DNA of 64,000 bases, from the IMG/VR virus record IMGVR_UViG_3300028738_000008, one strand, 5' to 3'. Position 1 is the stretch's first letter. Each line of letters starts with the position of its first letter. Below are positions 29,152 through 40,541 of this stretch, piece by piece. The notes under the pieces were generated by a model. It saw only the letters and a list, made by a program, of their open reading frames with translations. It made no database searches and had not been told where the DNA came from. The stretch is from a virus. Its lineage: Duplodnaviria; Caudoviricetes. A program made the translations under genes and the position numbers.

Positions 29152-30435
29152 ATGGCAAAAAGAGATTATCTATTTGATATTGATTTAAATAAAAATCAAT
29201 TATTGAATCTCAAATTACAAAATTTAGCTACGCACCCAACATTAACTATTAATGATGCTGGCTTTACCTACTGGAATACAGCTGATAAATTGGCATATAA
29301 TTGGACTGGCACTGCATGGATCGCTGGTGGTACAGGCACAAATCTTACAAATACGCCGACGCCAACAGGTATCACTATTAATAGTAGTACTGGCTCTGGC
29401 ACTGTGTTGCCTGTTGCTGATACCATAAATGCTGGATTATTATCTAAAGCATTGTATGATAGATTAATGGGCACAGTTCTATCTAATGATTATGGTGCAT
29501 ACTCAGTTTTGGCGAAACAGGCTGCGAGTATGAGTGCTATCACATTACCTGTAAATAGCATATTGGGTAGAATTGCTGGAGATATTCAAGCCATTTTAAT
29601 TGATTCGGATTTAACAACTGTTAGTGCTAGTGATGACACTTTAGCAACAGCTAAAGCAATTAAAACTTATATAGATAGTGTTGTGACTGGTGCGTTAGTC
29701 TATCAGTCAGGATACGATGCTGCCGCCAACTCCCCAATGCTCGACTCAACTCCAATAACAGGGATAACTAAAGGCTGGACATATACTGTTACAACCAATG
29801 GCACATTTTTTACTGAGCCTGTTCAGGTCGGCGATATGATCATTGCTGAAGTGAATTCTCCCACAACATTATCCGATTGGACATTGGTAAATAAAAATAT
29901 ACCTGACATTGTATCAGCAAGTGAAGGTGCTCAAGGTATTATTGCGATTGCTACGGCTTTAGAGGTCGCTGCTGCTGTTGATACATCAAAAGCAATAGTT
30001 CCATCAAAACTTAGCAGCGTTTCAACTCTAGGTACTATAACAACAGGTACGTGGCATGGTACTATTATTGATCCTACCTATGGCGGCACAGGTATTAATA
30101 ATGGTGCAAAAACTATAACTGTTAAAGGAAATCTAACTTTAAGTGGATCGTCAGACACTATTATTAATACCACAGATACTACAAATATAACATTACCGAC
30201 AGCAGGTATATTAACAGCAAAATATGCAACAACCATTTCTGGCAATAATGTGACAACAACATTTACCATAACGCATGGCTTAAAAACCTTAGATATTGTT
30301 GCATCCGTTTTAAATGCATCCACATTGGCTAAAGTTGAGGTGAGTGAAACAATTACAGATTTAAACACATTGACGCTTAATTTTAATAATGCACCTTTGA
30401 ATGGGGTTGCTTATAGGGTTATCGTTGTTGGATAA
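29152..30435 (+). CDS. tail fibre-like virion protein
   Basis: Thr/Gly-rich; G..Y.V...GT....V..GD; LGTITTGTWHGT..GGTG; C-terminal FTITHGLKT module. Confidence 0.6.
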   Translation: MAKRDYLFDIDLNKNQLLNLKLQNLATHPTLTINDAGFTYWNTADKLAYNWTGTAWIAGGTGTNLTNTPTPTGITINSSTGSGTVLPVADTINAGLLSKALYDRLMGTVLSNDYGAYSVLAKQAASMSAITLPVNSILGRIAGDIQAILIDSDLTTVSASDDTLATAKAIKTYIDSVVTGALVYQSGYDAAANSPMLDSTPITGITKGWTYTVTTNGTFFTEPVQVGDMIIAEVNSPTTLSDWTLVNKNIPDIVSASEGAQGIIAIATALEVAAAVDTSKAIVPSKLSSVSTLGTITTGTWHGTIIDPTYGGTGINNGAKTITVKGNLTLSGSSDTIINTTDTTNITLPTAGILTAKYATTISGNNVTTTFTITHGLKTLDIVASVLNASTLAKVEVSETITDLNTLTLNFNNAPLNGVAYRVIVVG

Positions 30436-30458
30436 TATCAGTATTTATTTTTAAAACT

Positions 30459-30656
30459 ATGAGCGAGAAACAAATATTTGAAGACCTGAATATTGACGGA
30501 GACGTTAAGAGTGATAATTTCATTCGAAAAAATGGAACGGCTTCACAGTTTTTAAAGGCTGACGGTAGTATAGATGATAACACATATCTTACAGCTGGCA
30601 GCGGATCGGGAATTAGCGAAACATTAGCAATTGCTTACAGCATTGCATTGGGATAA
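30459..30656 (+). CDS. small fibre-associated protein
   Basis: GTASQFLKADGSID motif; C-terminal hydrophobic AIAYSIALG. Confidence 0.55.
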   Translation: MSEKQIFEDLNIDGDVKSDNFIRKNGTASQFLKADGSIDDNTYLTAGSGSGISETLAIAYSIALG

Positions 30657-30668
30657 AACACATTATAA

Positions 30669-31235
30669 ATGAAACTACGTATAGATAATTATTTATTTGA
30701 TAAAAATGCAAAAACAATAACATTTACAGACTATGCATCTGTGGATATAAGCGGAATATTATTGATAACAAATGTTGTTGATAACATTATTATTTATAAC
30801 TTTGCCAATAACTTGCTTGGAGGCACTGTTGTAAATAATGTTTTAACATTAACATATAACACATCTGGAATGTCTAACACCGATAGTTTGCAGATTTTTT
30901 ATGATGATGGGAATTCAGCTGCATTGGCGGCATTGCAATTAACATTGAATACAATGCTGGATAATGATAATGCTCTTGCAAGACAAATACTTCAGCTACT
31001 CAGACCATTAGGCGTTACAGTTGGGGGTACTGGACGATTGAGTTTAGATGTGTTCAGTATAGGAACATTGCCAACATTAACAAATGTTACGACAGTCGGA
31101 ACTGTAACCAATTTAGGCGCAAGTGCAACATTAGCAACATTAACAAATCAAACCAATATTGGTGGATTAAATGCTTTAGACCAACAATTTAACATAGCAC
31201 ATATAGCATTTAATACATTGAGAAATTTAGTATAA
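30669..31235 (+). CDS. virion structural protein
   Basis: 188 aa; Y.FD..AKTITF...LLITNV.DN.IIYNF pattern. Confidence 0.55.
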   Translation: MKLRIDNYLFDKNAKTITFTDYASVDISGILLITNVVDNIIIYNFANNLLGGTVVNNVLTLTYNTSGMSNTDSLQIFYDDGNSAALAALQLTLNTMLDNDNALARQILQLLRPLGVTVGGTGRLSLDVFSIGTLPTLTNVTTVGTVTNLGASATLATLTNQTNIGGLNALDQQFNIAHIAFNTLRNLV

Positions 31236-31250
31236 ATAAAAAATATAATT

Positions 31251-34082
31251 ATGACAATAAAAAAAGTTTGGGATACTCCATTATGGCTTCCGACTGCTCA
31301 ATTTAGAACAGCAACAAGTGCAACATCTTCGATGACGGTATCTAAAGATACGCTTGGAAGATATATATATTATCTTGCTGGCACATTATTTTATAAATAT
31401 GACACATGGAAAGATACTCATATTAAATTGGCTTCGCCACCTATCGCAGCTGTAACCGCATCATGTATTAAATTTACAGCCGATGATGGTTATAGAGGTA
31501 ATTGCTTATCTGGCGGTACAAATGTTATGAAAATTGCTGGATTAAATGGCGATATATTGGTGGGCGAAACTATAAAAATAATGCAAGGCAAAGGTGTTGG
31601 TCAGGAGAGAACTATAACTAATTCCACAGGTGTTAAGGTTGAAAAATCTGGCATTGTGACATCAGCTTCCGCAACATCTATAGGAGACACAACAAAAAAA
31701 TGGGAAATAAATCAATGGATCGGATATCAAGTACGAATCGTTGCAAATACTGGTTTGAGTCAGATTAGAAAGGTTTTATATAATGACGCAAGCACGTTGT
31801 ATTTTCAAGACCCGAATTATCAGCAGCTTGAAGTTTGGAATAATACAGCATTTTCAGCAACAGCACCTTACGCTTTACCTGCTTCAACGGCTGGTTCGCA
31901 ATCAAACTATTATATAGAATCATCTATTATCACAGTTGATTCTGACTGGACAGTTGTACCTGATGCGTCGTCATCTTATGTAGTAAAGGGTGGCGGAGTT
32001 TATATGTTATCAGCAGTAGCTGGTGCACCATTTAGTTCATTACAGTTTTACGATGTATTATCGGATACTTGGACAACAAAAACAGCTATAGGTGGATTGT
32101 TATTGGCAGCATTAGGTACAGACTTTTCAATGGAAATAATAACAAGAGCAACGCCATATGAATCTGGCACATCAACTTCAACAACCACTAGAACATTAAC
32201 AGATACATCGAAAACACTTGAGATTGATCGATATTGTAATTATGAGCTAAGAATAACAAGTGGCACTGGTATGGGTATGAAAAATCGTATAGTATCTAAC
32301 GGAGTGAATTATTATGAAGTTGAACATCCGTTTCTAGTGCAGCCAGATGCGACATCGACATATGAAATACGTGGAGAAACTAAAAAAATATATGTTGTGG
32401 GCAATAATGCTTCATCTATTTACCAGTATTGTATTGATTTTGATCAATGGATAACGGGGCCGTCAATAGATTTGGGACAAACTAGAAACGCATCTATCTC
32501 ATATCCAGGTCAGGAGGCTCAGGCTATATTCTCTGGCGTTATAAATCCTAATGGAATTAAAGTGTTAAACCCAACGCCAACAGTGAAAGGCTCAGGATAT
32601 GCCGTTGGTGATTTATTTAACATTACGACTGTCGGTACTGTTGGAAAGGGACGTGTTGAATCTATAAGTACTGGTGGGGCAGTTGAATCGGTATCATTAT
32701 ATTCAGCTGGATTGAATTATACCACAGGGTCAGGTAAAGCTACCACAATTATTTCAGGTGGTGGTAATAATGCTTTAACGGTAAATATAACCACTGTTGG
32801 AACTGTTGCAAGAATGACAACTGTCAGCAATGTAAATTTTTATAAGGGAGACACTGTTACTGTTGCAGGTTGTAATGAGTCTGCATGGAACGCACCGTAT
32901 TCTATACTTGCGATTGATTCATTAACCACTTTTGATCTTGTGACAACAGCTACACTTACAATTGTACCATCATTTGTGAATAGTGTTGTATTGATTGTAG
33001 ATTCAACAAAGAATTGGGTTGTCAATGAACATGTTGGCAAAATTGTTAAACTTGACGTCGCAGGTACGTCACCAACCACACAATTAAGAAGAATTACATC
33101 AAATACAGCAACAACATTAACAGTTGCGACCATTGTGGCAGGTGTCAACGGTACATCAAGATATGCTATTCATGGGCCTGAAGGATTTGGCAGGGATAGA
33201 ATGTATGATCTAATTTCTGAAAATGGCGAAGGGCATGCAGCAAGTGGAACATCTGTTACTTTAACTGACACGAGTAAGAATTGGCAGGTTAATCAGTTCC
33301 TTGGTTATAAGGTTAGAATTATTGCAGGCACTGGCGTAGGTAGTGAAATAGCTATTTCAGCCAATGATGCCTCAACTCTAACTCTCACTACGCCAGGATT
33401 TACGCCAGATTCTACGACAAAATATGCTGTTATGGGAGCACATGGGACTGCTAACGGCACATTTGCGCTTACAACATTGGGAGACACTACAAAGAATTGG
33501 ACTGTGAATAAATGGGCTGGCAAAAGAGTTGTTTTTACATCGGGTACTGGACAAAGACAGGAAAGTACAATAGCGTCTAATACTGCAACTGTTTTGACAT
33601 TTGGTGCTGTTGGCGTTGCTCCAGATGCGACAACAACATATACAATATTAGGCGAATCTACACGTGCCACAGCCACATCATTAAGATGGTTGTATGGCAC
33701 AACCCATGATAAGGGTAGATGGCTAATATCTCCACGTGGAGGAAATACAAATACAATTGATAGATATGATATAGTGAACGATATATGGGATATATCAATG
33801 ATCTTTTCGCCGCAATCTGAAATATTTTCGGCTGGAACTTCATACTGTTATGACGGCTTAGATACTTATTACGCTTCAATTGCAGTTGCAGGTGATTTCG
33901 TATATATATTGTCTATAAATTTATTAACGATGGAACTGAATGGCGCATTTCAGACAACAGTATTACAAGGCACAGCACATATAGGCAATCTAATGGAAGT
34001 TGTGACATCTCCCGATGGTGGCAAATTTTTATTCTTGGGCGTTGATACCTCAAGGTTAATGTATAAGACCGCAATATTTTAA
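31251..34082 (+). CDS. large fibre/adhesin protein with repeated G.G.GQ.R.I.SN..T.LT modules and Kelch-like blades
   Basis: About six repeats of the YRVRIIAGTG.G..(R)..I..N..T.L type; YD..SD.W blades. Confidence 0.6.
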   Translation: MTIKKVWDTPLWLPTAQFRTATSATSSMTVSKDTLGRYIYYLAGTLFYKYDTWKDTHIKLASPPIAAVTASCIKFTADDGYRGNCLSGGTNVMKIAGLNGDILVGETIKIMQGKGVGQERTITNSTGVKVEKSGIVTSASATSIGDTTKKWEINQWIGYQVRIVANTGLSQIRKVLYNDASTLYFQDPNYQQLEVWNNTAFSATAPYALPASTAGSQSNYYIESSIITVDSDWTVVPDASSSYVVKGGGVYMLSAVAGAPFSSLQFYDVLSDTWTTKTAIGGLLLAALGTDFSMEIITRATPYESGTSTSTTTRTLTDTSKTLEIDRYCNYELRITSGTGMGMKNRIVSNGVNYYEVEHPFLVQPDATSTYEIRGETKKIYVVGNNASSIYQYCIDFDQWITGPSIDLGQTRNASISYPGQEAQAIFSGVINPNGIKVLNPTPTVKGSGYAVGDLFNITTVGTVGKGRVESISTGGAVESVSLYSAGLNYTTGSGKATTIISGGGNNALTVNITTVGTVARMTTVSNVNFYKGDTVTVAGCNESAWNAPYSILAIDSLTTFDLVTTATLTIVPSFVNSVVLIVDSTKNWVVNEHVGKIVKLDVAGTSPTTQLRRITSNTATTLTVATIVAGVNGTSRYAIHGPEGFGRDRMYDLISENGEGHAASGTSVTLTDTSKNWQVNQFLGYKVRIIAGTGVGSEIAISANDASTLTLTTPGFTPDSTTKYAVMGAHGTANGTFALTTLGDTTKNWTVNKWAGKRVVFTSGTGQRQESTIASNTATVLTFGAVGVAPDATTTYTILGESTRATATSLRWLYGTTHDKGRWLISPRGGNTNTIDRYDIVNDIWDISMIFSPQSEIFSAGTSYCYDGLDTYYASIAVAGDFVYILSINLLTMELNGAFQTTVLQGTAHIGNLMEVVTSPDGGKFLFLGVDTSRLMYKTAIF

Positions 34083-34094
34083 TATAAAACGTTA

Positions 34095-34131
34095 ATAATG
34101 CCATTATTATATGATAATAATGGCATTATTA
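34095..34131. terminator. inverted repeat, probable terminator
   Basis: AATAATGCCATTATTAT-ATG-ATAATAATGGCATTATT. Confidence 0.6.
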
Positions 34132-34176
34132 TGTGACATTATCATATAATTAGTATTTATATAAAACAAATTATTA

Positions 34177-35184
34177 ATGAAAACCATACATATAATCGAT
34201 GGGGTTACAACTGGTAGAGTATTTGCCAAAGATATTAACGATAATTTTGCCGAACTGAACTCAATCGCTTCTGGCATTACTGAGCTACATCAAGCTGATA
34301 TTGACCTACATCAAGCTGATATTGACCTACATCAAGCTGATATTGACCTCGGTATTCGTATTAATCATATAGTTGTTGGCAGTGGTAGTACATCAACCAC
34401 AGTGTATACAAATCAAACTCCAACACCGTCGGCTTTAGGTGGATGGAATGCTGGCAGCACATTTTCTGGCGCAACCATGCAACAAATGTTTGATGGCTTA
34501 CTATATCCTTATCAAACGCCTACATTGGCAAGTTTTGCAATTACTGGTCAAGCTGGATTGGTTGAGGTTGGTACTAATTTATCAGGATTGAAAACATTTA
34601 CATGGTCTAAAACTAACAGCTCAAATATTAAATCTAATATAGGCTTAATTAGAGATACTGGAGATAATTCTATAATTGAATCTGGAATTAATGTTTTTGG
34701 TCTTACGAGCAAGGTTAGCACATTAACGATAAATAATTCAACGCCAATTACAAAAACATATAGACTTGAGTCTGAAAATACTAATAGTCAGACAATTTTA
34801 AGTAATTCATTTACATTCAGGTCAATTTATCCTGTATTTTCTGGATTCATTGCACAGGCTGATAGACCTTCGTCGTCATCGCTTGATATCGTTAATTCTA
34901 ATAAGAGAATTGTGCTTAGCAATGGTGATACAGTGTTTGCAATTAATTCAGCTGCTACTGACTATAGCTGGATTGCAATTCCTCAAACAGGAAATACACA
35001 ATACACAAATTGGTTTATAACAGCTCTTAATAGTGGTAGTATTGGTGGATCGAGCAACTTATTTGATACAGGTGAAAGTGTATTATTAACGTCGGCAACT
35101 GGACTATGGACAAATGTTCCATATTGGATATATATAACAAATTATCGCACACCAATATTATCAATAACTTTAAAAAGATCATAA
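34177..35184 (+). CDS. virion structural protein
   Basis: 335 aa; LHQADID x3 heptads then a beta-rich domain. Confidence 0.6.
   Translation: MKTIHIIDGVTTGRVFAKDINDNFAELNSIASGITELHQADIDLHQADIDLHQADIDLGIRINHIVVGSGSTSTTVYTNQTPTPSALGGWNAGSTFSGATMQQMFDGLLYPYQTPTLASFAITGQAGLVEVGTNLSGLKTFTWSKTNSSNIKSNIGLIRDTGDNSIIESGINVFGLTSKVSTLTINNSTPITKTYRLESENTNSQTILSNSFTFRSIYPVFSGFIAQADRPSSSSLDIVNSNKRIVLSNGDTVFAINSAATDYSWIAIPQTGNTQYTNWFITALNSGSIGGSSNLFDTGESVLLTSATGLWTNVPYWIYITNYRTPILSITLKRS
34285..34347 (+). repeat. 3 x 21-bp perfect tandem repeat (in frame, LHQADID)
   Basis: CTACATCAAGCTGATATTGAC three times. Confidence 0.95.
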
Positions 35185-35185
35185 A

Positions 35186-37246
35186 ATGGCAATACAATTA
35201 AGTGATAACATAAACATAAACGCAGCCAAACCAGATGGTGCGAGATATTTTAATAGAGCTAATAGACCTTACGAAAATGTTCAACAGGTTTTAAGTGAGC
35301 TTGCTCAATCTGTCTTACATGAAGGACTTACAGTCAATGTAATGGGAGTAGAGTATTGGTTTCCAGATGGAATTAACTTAGTGGTTAAAGCAGTTGGAAG
35401 TGTAGGCGTTATAGACGTCACCTATTATGAGTTAGCTAATATGATTGATGGCGGCGAATTAACAGCAGGTGCTCAATATCGTATTACTGATTATGCCACA
35501 GTGCATAATATGCTTGATTATGCTAATATGAACGTATTACTTGATTATGATAAGCCAGTGCCAGCACCGACGAATATTGTTGTTCTTCCAGATGCTGTAG
35601 GCTCTAATCCTATAACATATTATTGCGTTGCTTTTGGCTTATTTGATGAAGGTACTAAAATAGGGGGCGAAACATACGTATCCTTATTTTCAGAGGAATT
35701 CACATATACTGAGGGAGGCGAAACAACGTCAACTATGATTAGTTATGATTTTAGCAGTATTGATAATGTGGATTTCTCAAATATAGTGATATTAAGAGGT
35801 TTAGAATCTGGTGTATATACTGCCGAATTGAATGGCATAAGTGCTCAAGATTCGCTTCCTTATGATATGTTCAATCAATTCTTCACTACCGATATATCAT
35901 ATTACTATGAGTATCACGGCTATCCAGAAGACTTTATCAATATAGGTACTACTGAGGAACTTATCGTAACAGCTAATGATAATTATAATTTAGATAAATT
36001 TGCACGATCAGCAGAATATCCACAGGATATTATTTATTATGATTGGAATCCAAATAACTGGCTTTATGATCCTGCATTTTCAAATTACAGTGACTATAGA
36101 AATGGGTATGCTAAGAACCAAAACGTTGTTAGTGGATTTAAAGGTGTGATCAATTTTAGACACGATACGCTTAACGATAATTATATGGGTTATGATTTTA
36201 GAAATGTTAAATATCGTAGATGGTCTACAAACACTGATAGTTGGGTTAATAATATTCCATATGGCGTAGGTAAATATGTTATATATAATAATATACTTTA
36301 TAAGTCAAAAGCTGACAATAATTTAAATTTTAATCCATCATCTAATGTTGAGACTAAATGGCTGATTGTTATGCCTATGAATACACATGGATTTTTTGTT
36401 GCTGAATTTGATTATATTAATGGTAACGGTGAATTTTCAGCTGGTGATAAATATATTGACGTTAAAACATTTGATGTTGACCCCACATCAGGATTTAATA
36501 ATACATACGAGGAATCATGTCTGTCGAATCATTTTCAATCATATAAGGATGATTCTGATAATTGGTATGCATCAGGAAGTTTACTTACAAATAATGTATT
36601 TTTTCTAAATAGCTCAACACAAATCATTATGAATACTTTTGGCTTTGGCTTTTACAGTAATACAGTATACTCTAATTTTTCAAATAATAATTTTGATGAT
36701 TTTTGTTCATATAACATATTCGCATATGAATTTATGTCATCAAAGGCTTCATCAAATTTTTATGGAAATATATTCAAGCTGTCAAACTATAATACATTCG
36801 GCGGAGATTTTGGAAATAATTTTATTGATGAAATCTTATATAATAATACTTTTGGTAGTGGTAATAATAACAACATAATTGGTTATGGCTTTACGAATAA
36901 TACCACTGATAGTGGCTTTCAGAACAACATTATTGGTAGAGATTTTGGCTATAATTCTATAGGCGTAGGTTTTCATGGTAATAACATTAATAATAATTTT
37001 TATAGTAATACTATAAAAAATAATGTTGCTAACTGCGTTATAGGCGAGAGCATGTTAAATTGCGAATTTGATAATAATGTCTCTGAAATTGATTTAACTA
37101 CACAGCCTGAATTAGCCTCTGAAATATATGATTCGAATTATAATCATAGAATATTTGTCGGAGTTAATAGTACTATTTTTGTTGAATGGATTGACGAATT
37201 CTATGATAAAAATATATCAACGATTTCAAATATATCAATGAATTGA
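35186..37246 (+). CDS. fibre/adhesin protein with Asn-rich parallel beta-helix C-terminus
   Basis: YRITDY.T, YDFRNVKYRRW, and N.FG..F..N repeats. Confidence 0.65.
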   Translation: MAIQLSDNININAAKPDGARYFNRANRPYENVQQVLSELAQSVLHEGLTVNVMGVEYWFPDGINLVVKAVGSVGVIDVTYYELANMIDGGELTAGAQYRITDYATVHNMLDYANMNVLLDYDKPVPAPTNIVVLPDAVGSNPITYYCVAFGLFDEGTKIGGETYVSLFSEEFTYTEGGETTSTMISYDFSSIDNVDFSNIVILRGLESGVYTAELNGISAQDSLPYDMFNQFFTTDISYYYEYHGYPEDFINIGTTEELIVTANDNYNLDKFARSAEYPQDIIYYDWNPNNWLYDPAFSNYSDYRNGYAKNQNVVSGFKGVINFRHDTLNDNYMGYDFRNVKYRRWSTNTDSWVNNIPYGVGKYVIYNNILYKSKADNNLNFNPSSNVETKWLIVMPMNTHGFFVAEFDYINGNGEFSAGDKYIDVKTFDVDPTSGFNNTYEESCLSNHFQSYKDDSDNWYASGSLLTNNVFFLNSSTQIIMNTFGFGFYSNTVYSNFSNNNFDDFCSYNIFAYEFMSSKASSNFYGNIFKLSNYNTFGGDFGNNFIDEILYNNTFGSGNNNNIIGYGFTNNTTDSGFQNNIIGRDFGYNSIGVGFHGNNINNNFYSNTIKNNVANCVIGESMLNCEFDNNVSEIDLTTQPELASEIYDSNYNHRIFVGVNSTIFVEWIDEFYDKNISTISNISMN

Positions 37247-37301
37247 CGAATTCTATGATATTAGAATTACAAAATAATAATAAATAAAAAAAATATATAT
37301 A

Positions 37302-40300
37302 ATGGCATCATTTAGTTTAGTTTTTGATAATATAAGTAATGCTGACGCCTTAATAGGTGGATCATCGTCAGATATTAATGTTTGGAATACATTCCTTGAC
37401 TTGCCTAATAATGGCACGCCTATTAATAACGTATCTGTCGATGTGAATACAGTAATATTAGCTGGCGGCGCAAATATTCATTTAAAGGATTCGCTATTTG
37501 CAAACAGATTAGCTCTGCTTTCTATTAGCGATACTAATTGTATTGTGAGTGCTGGAGACCAATGCTTTTATGGTTGTACGTCAGTTAATACTTTAAATCT
37601 ACCCACATTAGCAACTGCTGGGGATCAATGTTTTTATGGCTGTAATTCCATAAATACGTTTGAATTGCCATTACTATTAACTGCTGGAAATAGTTGTTTT
37701 GGCGGATGCACAGCAGCTAATTCATTTAATCTATCCTCTTGTACTAATTTAGGAACTGATTTAGGTAATAATAATGTTTTTTATAATATTAGCGGTGGAA
37801 ATATAAGCCTAACAATACCAGCAGCATTAATGACTATTAACGGCGGAAATCCTGATGGTGATATAAGTGATTTATATTCAAGAAATTATATAAACTATAA
37901 TTTAGTTTATTATCCTTTAGAGTTGACATTTAATGATATAGCTAATGCCGATACCTTGATAGGCGGGTCGTCAACTGATGTGAGTTTTTGGAATGCATTT
38001 TTTGACTTACCTAATAATGGTACAGCGTTTACATCTGTAGAGGTTCTTGATAGTACCGTTAAATTATTCGGTGGAGCAAACATTCATTTAAAGGACGATA
38101 TATTTAATTCGAATTTGACATTAATTTCTGTTAATGATATCTTAGGATGCATTGTATCAGCTGGATTTGGCTGTTTTAATGCCTGTACATCTGCAACGTC
38201 TTTTAATTTACCGTCTTTAGCCAATTCTGGCGCATATTTATTTTATAGCTGTACATCTGCAACGTCTTTTAATTTACCATCTTTGATATCTGTCGTTGAT
38301 AGCTGTTTTAATAACTGTATAGCGGCAACATTTTTTAATTTATCATCATGTGTTAATTTAGGATCAACAGCAGATAGTAATTTTGTTTTTGCTAATAATA
38401 TTGGCAATACAATTAGCTTGACAATCCCAATTGAATTGATGACTGTGAATGGCGGAAATCCTGATGGAGATATTCAATATTTACAAGCTAATAACACCGT
38501 TAATATAACTGAGGTTGTAACCACAACCACAACAACCACGACAACAACCACGTTGCCTCCGACAACCACAACTACGACAACCACCGTTAGTCCATTTCCT
38601 CATATAGTTAACTCAAGTACCGAATATGATAGAATAATCATACACTTTAATACGAACGTATATGAGTATATGACATTGGGTAGTATGATCATATTCATTA
38701 ATGGTCAGCAATCAGTAAAGCGCATTCCACATGTATACGGGACTACAACTATCACAATAGACACCGATATAATATCATATGACGATAGCGTTTCTGTATA
38801 TATTCCTCAATATGCTCTTGCTGATAGTAGCAATAACTCTGTTGCAGAGGGAAATTATGCTATAAACAATACAGTCCCGATGTCTACAACCTCGACAACA
38901 ACCACGACAACAACCACGTTGCCACCTGTGCCGCCAAAGAGAAAGGTTCAGCCTAAATTGTTTGCTGATAGAGACCCTTTGAATACTGATAATGCTTTAA
39001 CTTTTATATCTGTTGGACAAATGTGGCATAATAATATTACTGGTGATGAGTTCTACCATAAATTTGATGGGGAATGGGTTGCACTTGGTAGCGGAAGCGG
39101 CGGTGGTATTATTGAAATACTTTATGATGATCTTTATACTTTATACGATAATGGTGAATTTGTAGCTGGACAGCAATATTTATTAACTGATTATATGACG
39201 ACATATACAAGACCTGTTACTAATGAAAATATTGAGTCAGGATTTGTAGAGCCATTATTGCTTACAGCAATCTCAAGTAGGGCTATAAATCCTATATGTT
39301 CAAGTATAATAAGGACTGATGATATTATATATTATCAAATACCCAATAACAGTATTGGATCAACAAAAGGGATTATATACAGGAGAATCGATACTGTGTA
39401 TAATAATGACGTATATACTGATTGGAGAAATATCAAATACCGTAGATGGGCTGTTACCGTTCCTAATGCATGGAATGTAAATGATATACATAATTCAGGA
39501 GATTTGGTTTATAACAGTGCTGATAATAGTATTTATATATGTGCAAAAGATGGTGTTACAGGCGGAGATCCTAATAATGATTATGATAATTGGTTTAATA
39601 CAGGCATTAAAAATGGCTCATATATTTCATCATCATCAACAAATTTCCCTATACAATATAATGGCAATATGTATAATTTGGCTGTTAACGCAGGTATATA
39701 TCTTGATTTTTTGATGATGAATACCGAATCGAGTGTTGATATTCAGAATAATGTTATTATTTCTGGGTATGACGTATTGCCTAATATTGTTATTGATAGC
39801 GTATATGCTAAAGATATTAAAATTGTTAATAGTAGCGATATTACCATCGGCTATGAAAATTCAATGATATCTATTGACTCTAATAATGAACATATTGTAA
39901 TCGGCTCTGGTAACCATAATATATCAATAGGTGCAGGCAATAACAATATTACTATAGGTTCTAATAATCATTCAGTCGCTATTACTAATTACAATAATGA
40001 TATTACAATTGGAAATGACAATTGTACATTATTTATGGATGAATATAATAACAGTGTCACAATTGGCTCAAATTGTGACACTGTTATTATAAGCGTTGAT
40101 AATAATAGTGTGCTTGTAAGCGGTGGCGTAATTGAAGTAAACATTGGATCATATAATAACGGCGTTCGCATGAGTAGTAATTGTTTCAGTGTATATATTC
40201 AAGGTGAAAATTCAAATATATTTATTGGCTCAAATACTGGTAATATATTTATGAGTACAGATAACAGCAACATTATATTTGGTACTAATTGTGCGTATAT

Positions 40301-40517
40301 AACTTTTGATAGCAGTAACCGTAACATTACGTTCGGTGACAATGTTTTAAAATATAACGTTAATAATGCGTTCTTTAATAATTCTACATATTTTGTACCT
40401 GCACAGGTGATGACTAATAAGAGATATAAATTATATGGTAGTGTTAACGGTAACAATGCTTATATGTCATATATCGATAACTTTGACGACATTAATATTA
40501 TAGACATTACAATTTAA
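37302..40517 (+). CDS. modular adhesin: two BspA-LRR units, Thr linkers, QPK module, beta-helix
   Basis: L.FDNI.NAD.LIGGSS modules, L.TAG..CF.GC LRRs, poly-Thr tracts, KRKVQPKLFADRDP, DWRNIKYRRW, I.IG..N..I.IG repeats. Confidence 0.75.
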   Translation: MASFSLVFDNISNADALIGGSSSDINVWNTFLDLPNNGTPINNVSVDVNTVILAGGANIHLKDSLFANRLALLSISDTNCIVSAGDQCFYGCTSVNTLNLPTLATAGDQCFYGCNSINTFELPLLLTAGNSCFGGCTAANSFNLSSCTNLGTDLGNNNVFYNISGGNISLTIPAALMTINGGNPDGDISDLYSRNYINYNLVYYPLELTFNDIANADTLIGGSSTDVSFWNAFFDLPNNGTAFTSVEVLDSTVKLFGGANIHLKDDIFNSNLTLISVNDILGCIVSAGFGCFNACTSATSFNLPSLANSGAYLFYSCTSATSFNLPSLISVVDSCFNNCIAATFFNLSSCVNLGSTADSNFVFANNIGNTISLTIPIELMTVNGGNPDGDIQYLQANNTVNITEVVTTTTTTTTTTTLPPTTTTTTTTVSPFPHIVNSSTEYDRIIIHFNTNVYEYMTLGSMIIFINGQQSVKRIPHVYGTTTITIDTDIISYDDSVSVYIPQYALADSSNNSVAEGNYAINNTVPMSTTSTTTTTTTTLPPVPPKRKVQPKLFADRDPLNTDNALTFISVGQMWHNNITGDEFYHKFDGEWVALGSGSGGGIIEILYDDLYTLYDNGEFVAGQQYLLTDYMTTYTRPVTNENIESGFVEPLLLTAISSRAINPICSSIIRTDDIIYYQIPNNSIGSTKGIIYRRIDTVYNNDVYTDWRNIKYRRWAVTVPNAWNVNDIHNSGDLVYNSADNSIYICAKDGVTGGDPNNDYDNWFNTGIKNGSYISSSSTNFPIQYNGNMYNLAVNAGIYLDFLMMNTESSVDIQNNVIISGYDVLPNIVIDSVYAKDIKIVNSSDITIGYENSMISIDSNNEHIVIGSGNHNISIGAGNNNITIGSNNHSVAITNYNNDITIGNDNCTLFMDEYNNSVTIGSNCDTVIISVDNNSVLVSGGVIEVNIGSYNNGVRMSSNCFSVYIQGENSNIFIGSNTGNIFMSTDNSNIIFGTNCAYITFDSSNRNITFGDNVLKYNVNNAFFNNSTYFVPAQVMTNKRYKLYGSVNGNNAYMSYIDNFDDINIIDITI

Positions 40518-40541
40518 TTTGCAGATTAATTATAAAAAATT

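Noticed and set aside
37189-37260. 19-bp duplication ATTGACGAATTCTATGATA at the end of gene 35186..37246
   Set aside because: Best explained as a local duplication scar; no structure or recurrence elsewhere was seen.
38518-38920. ACAACCACG-type microsatellites as contingency loci
   Set aside because: They encode poly-Thr linkers with synonymous variation and stay in frame.
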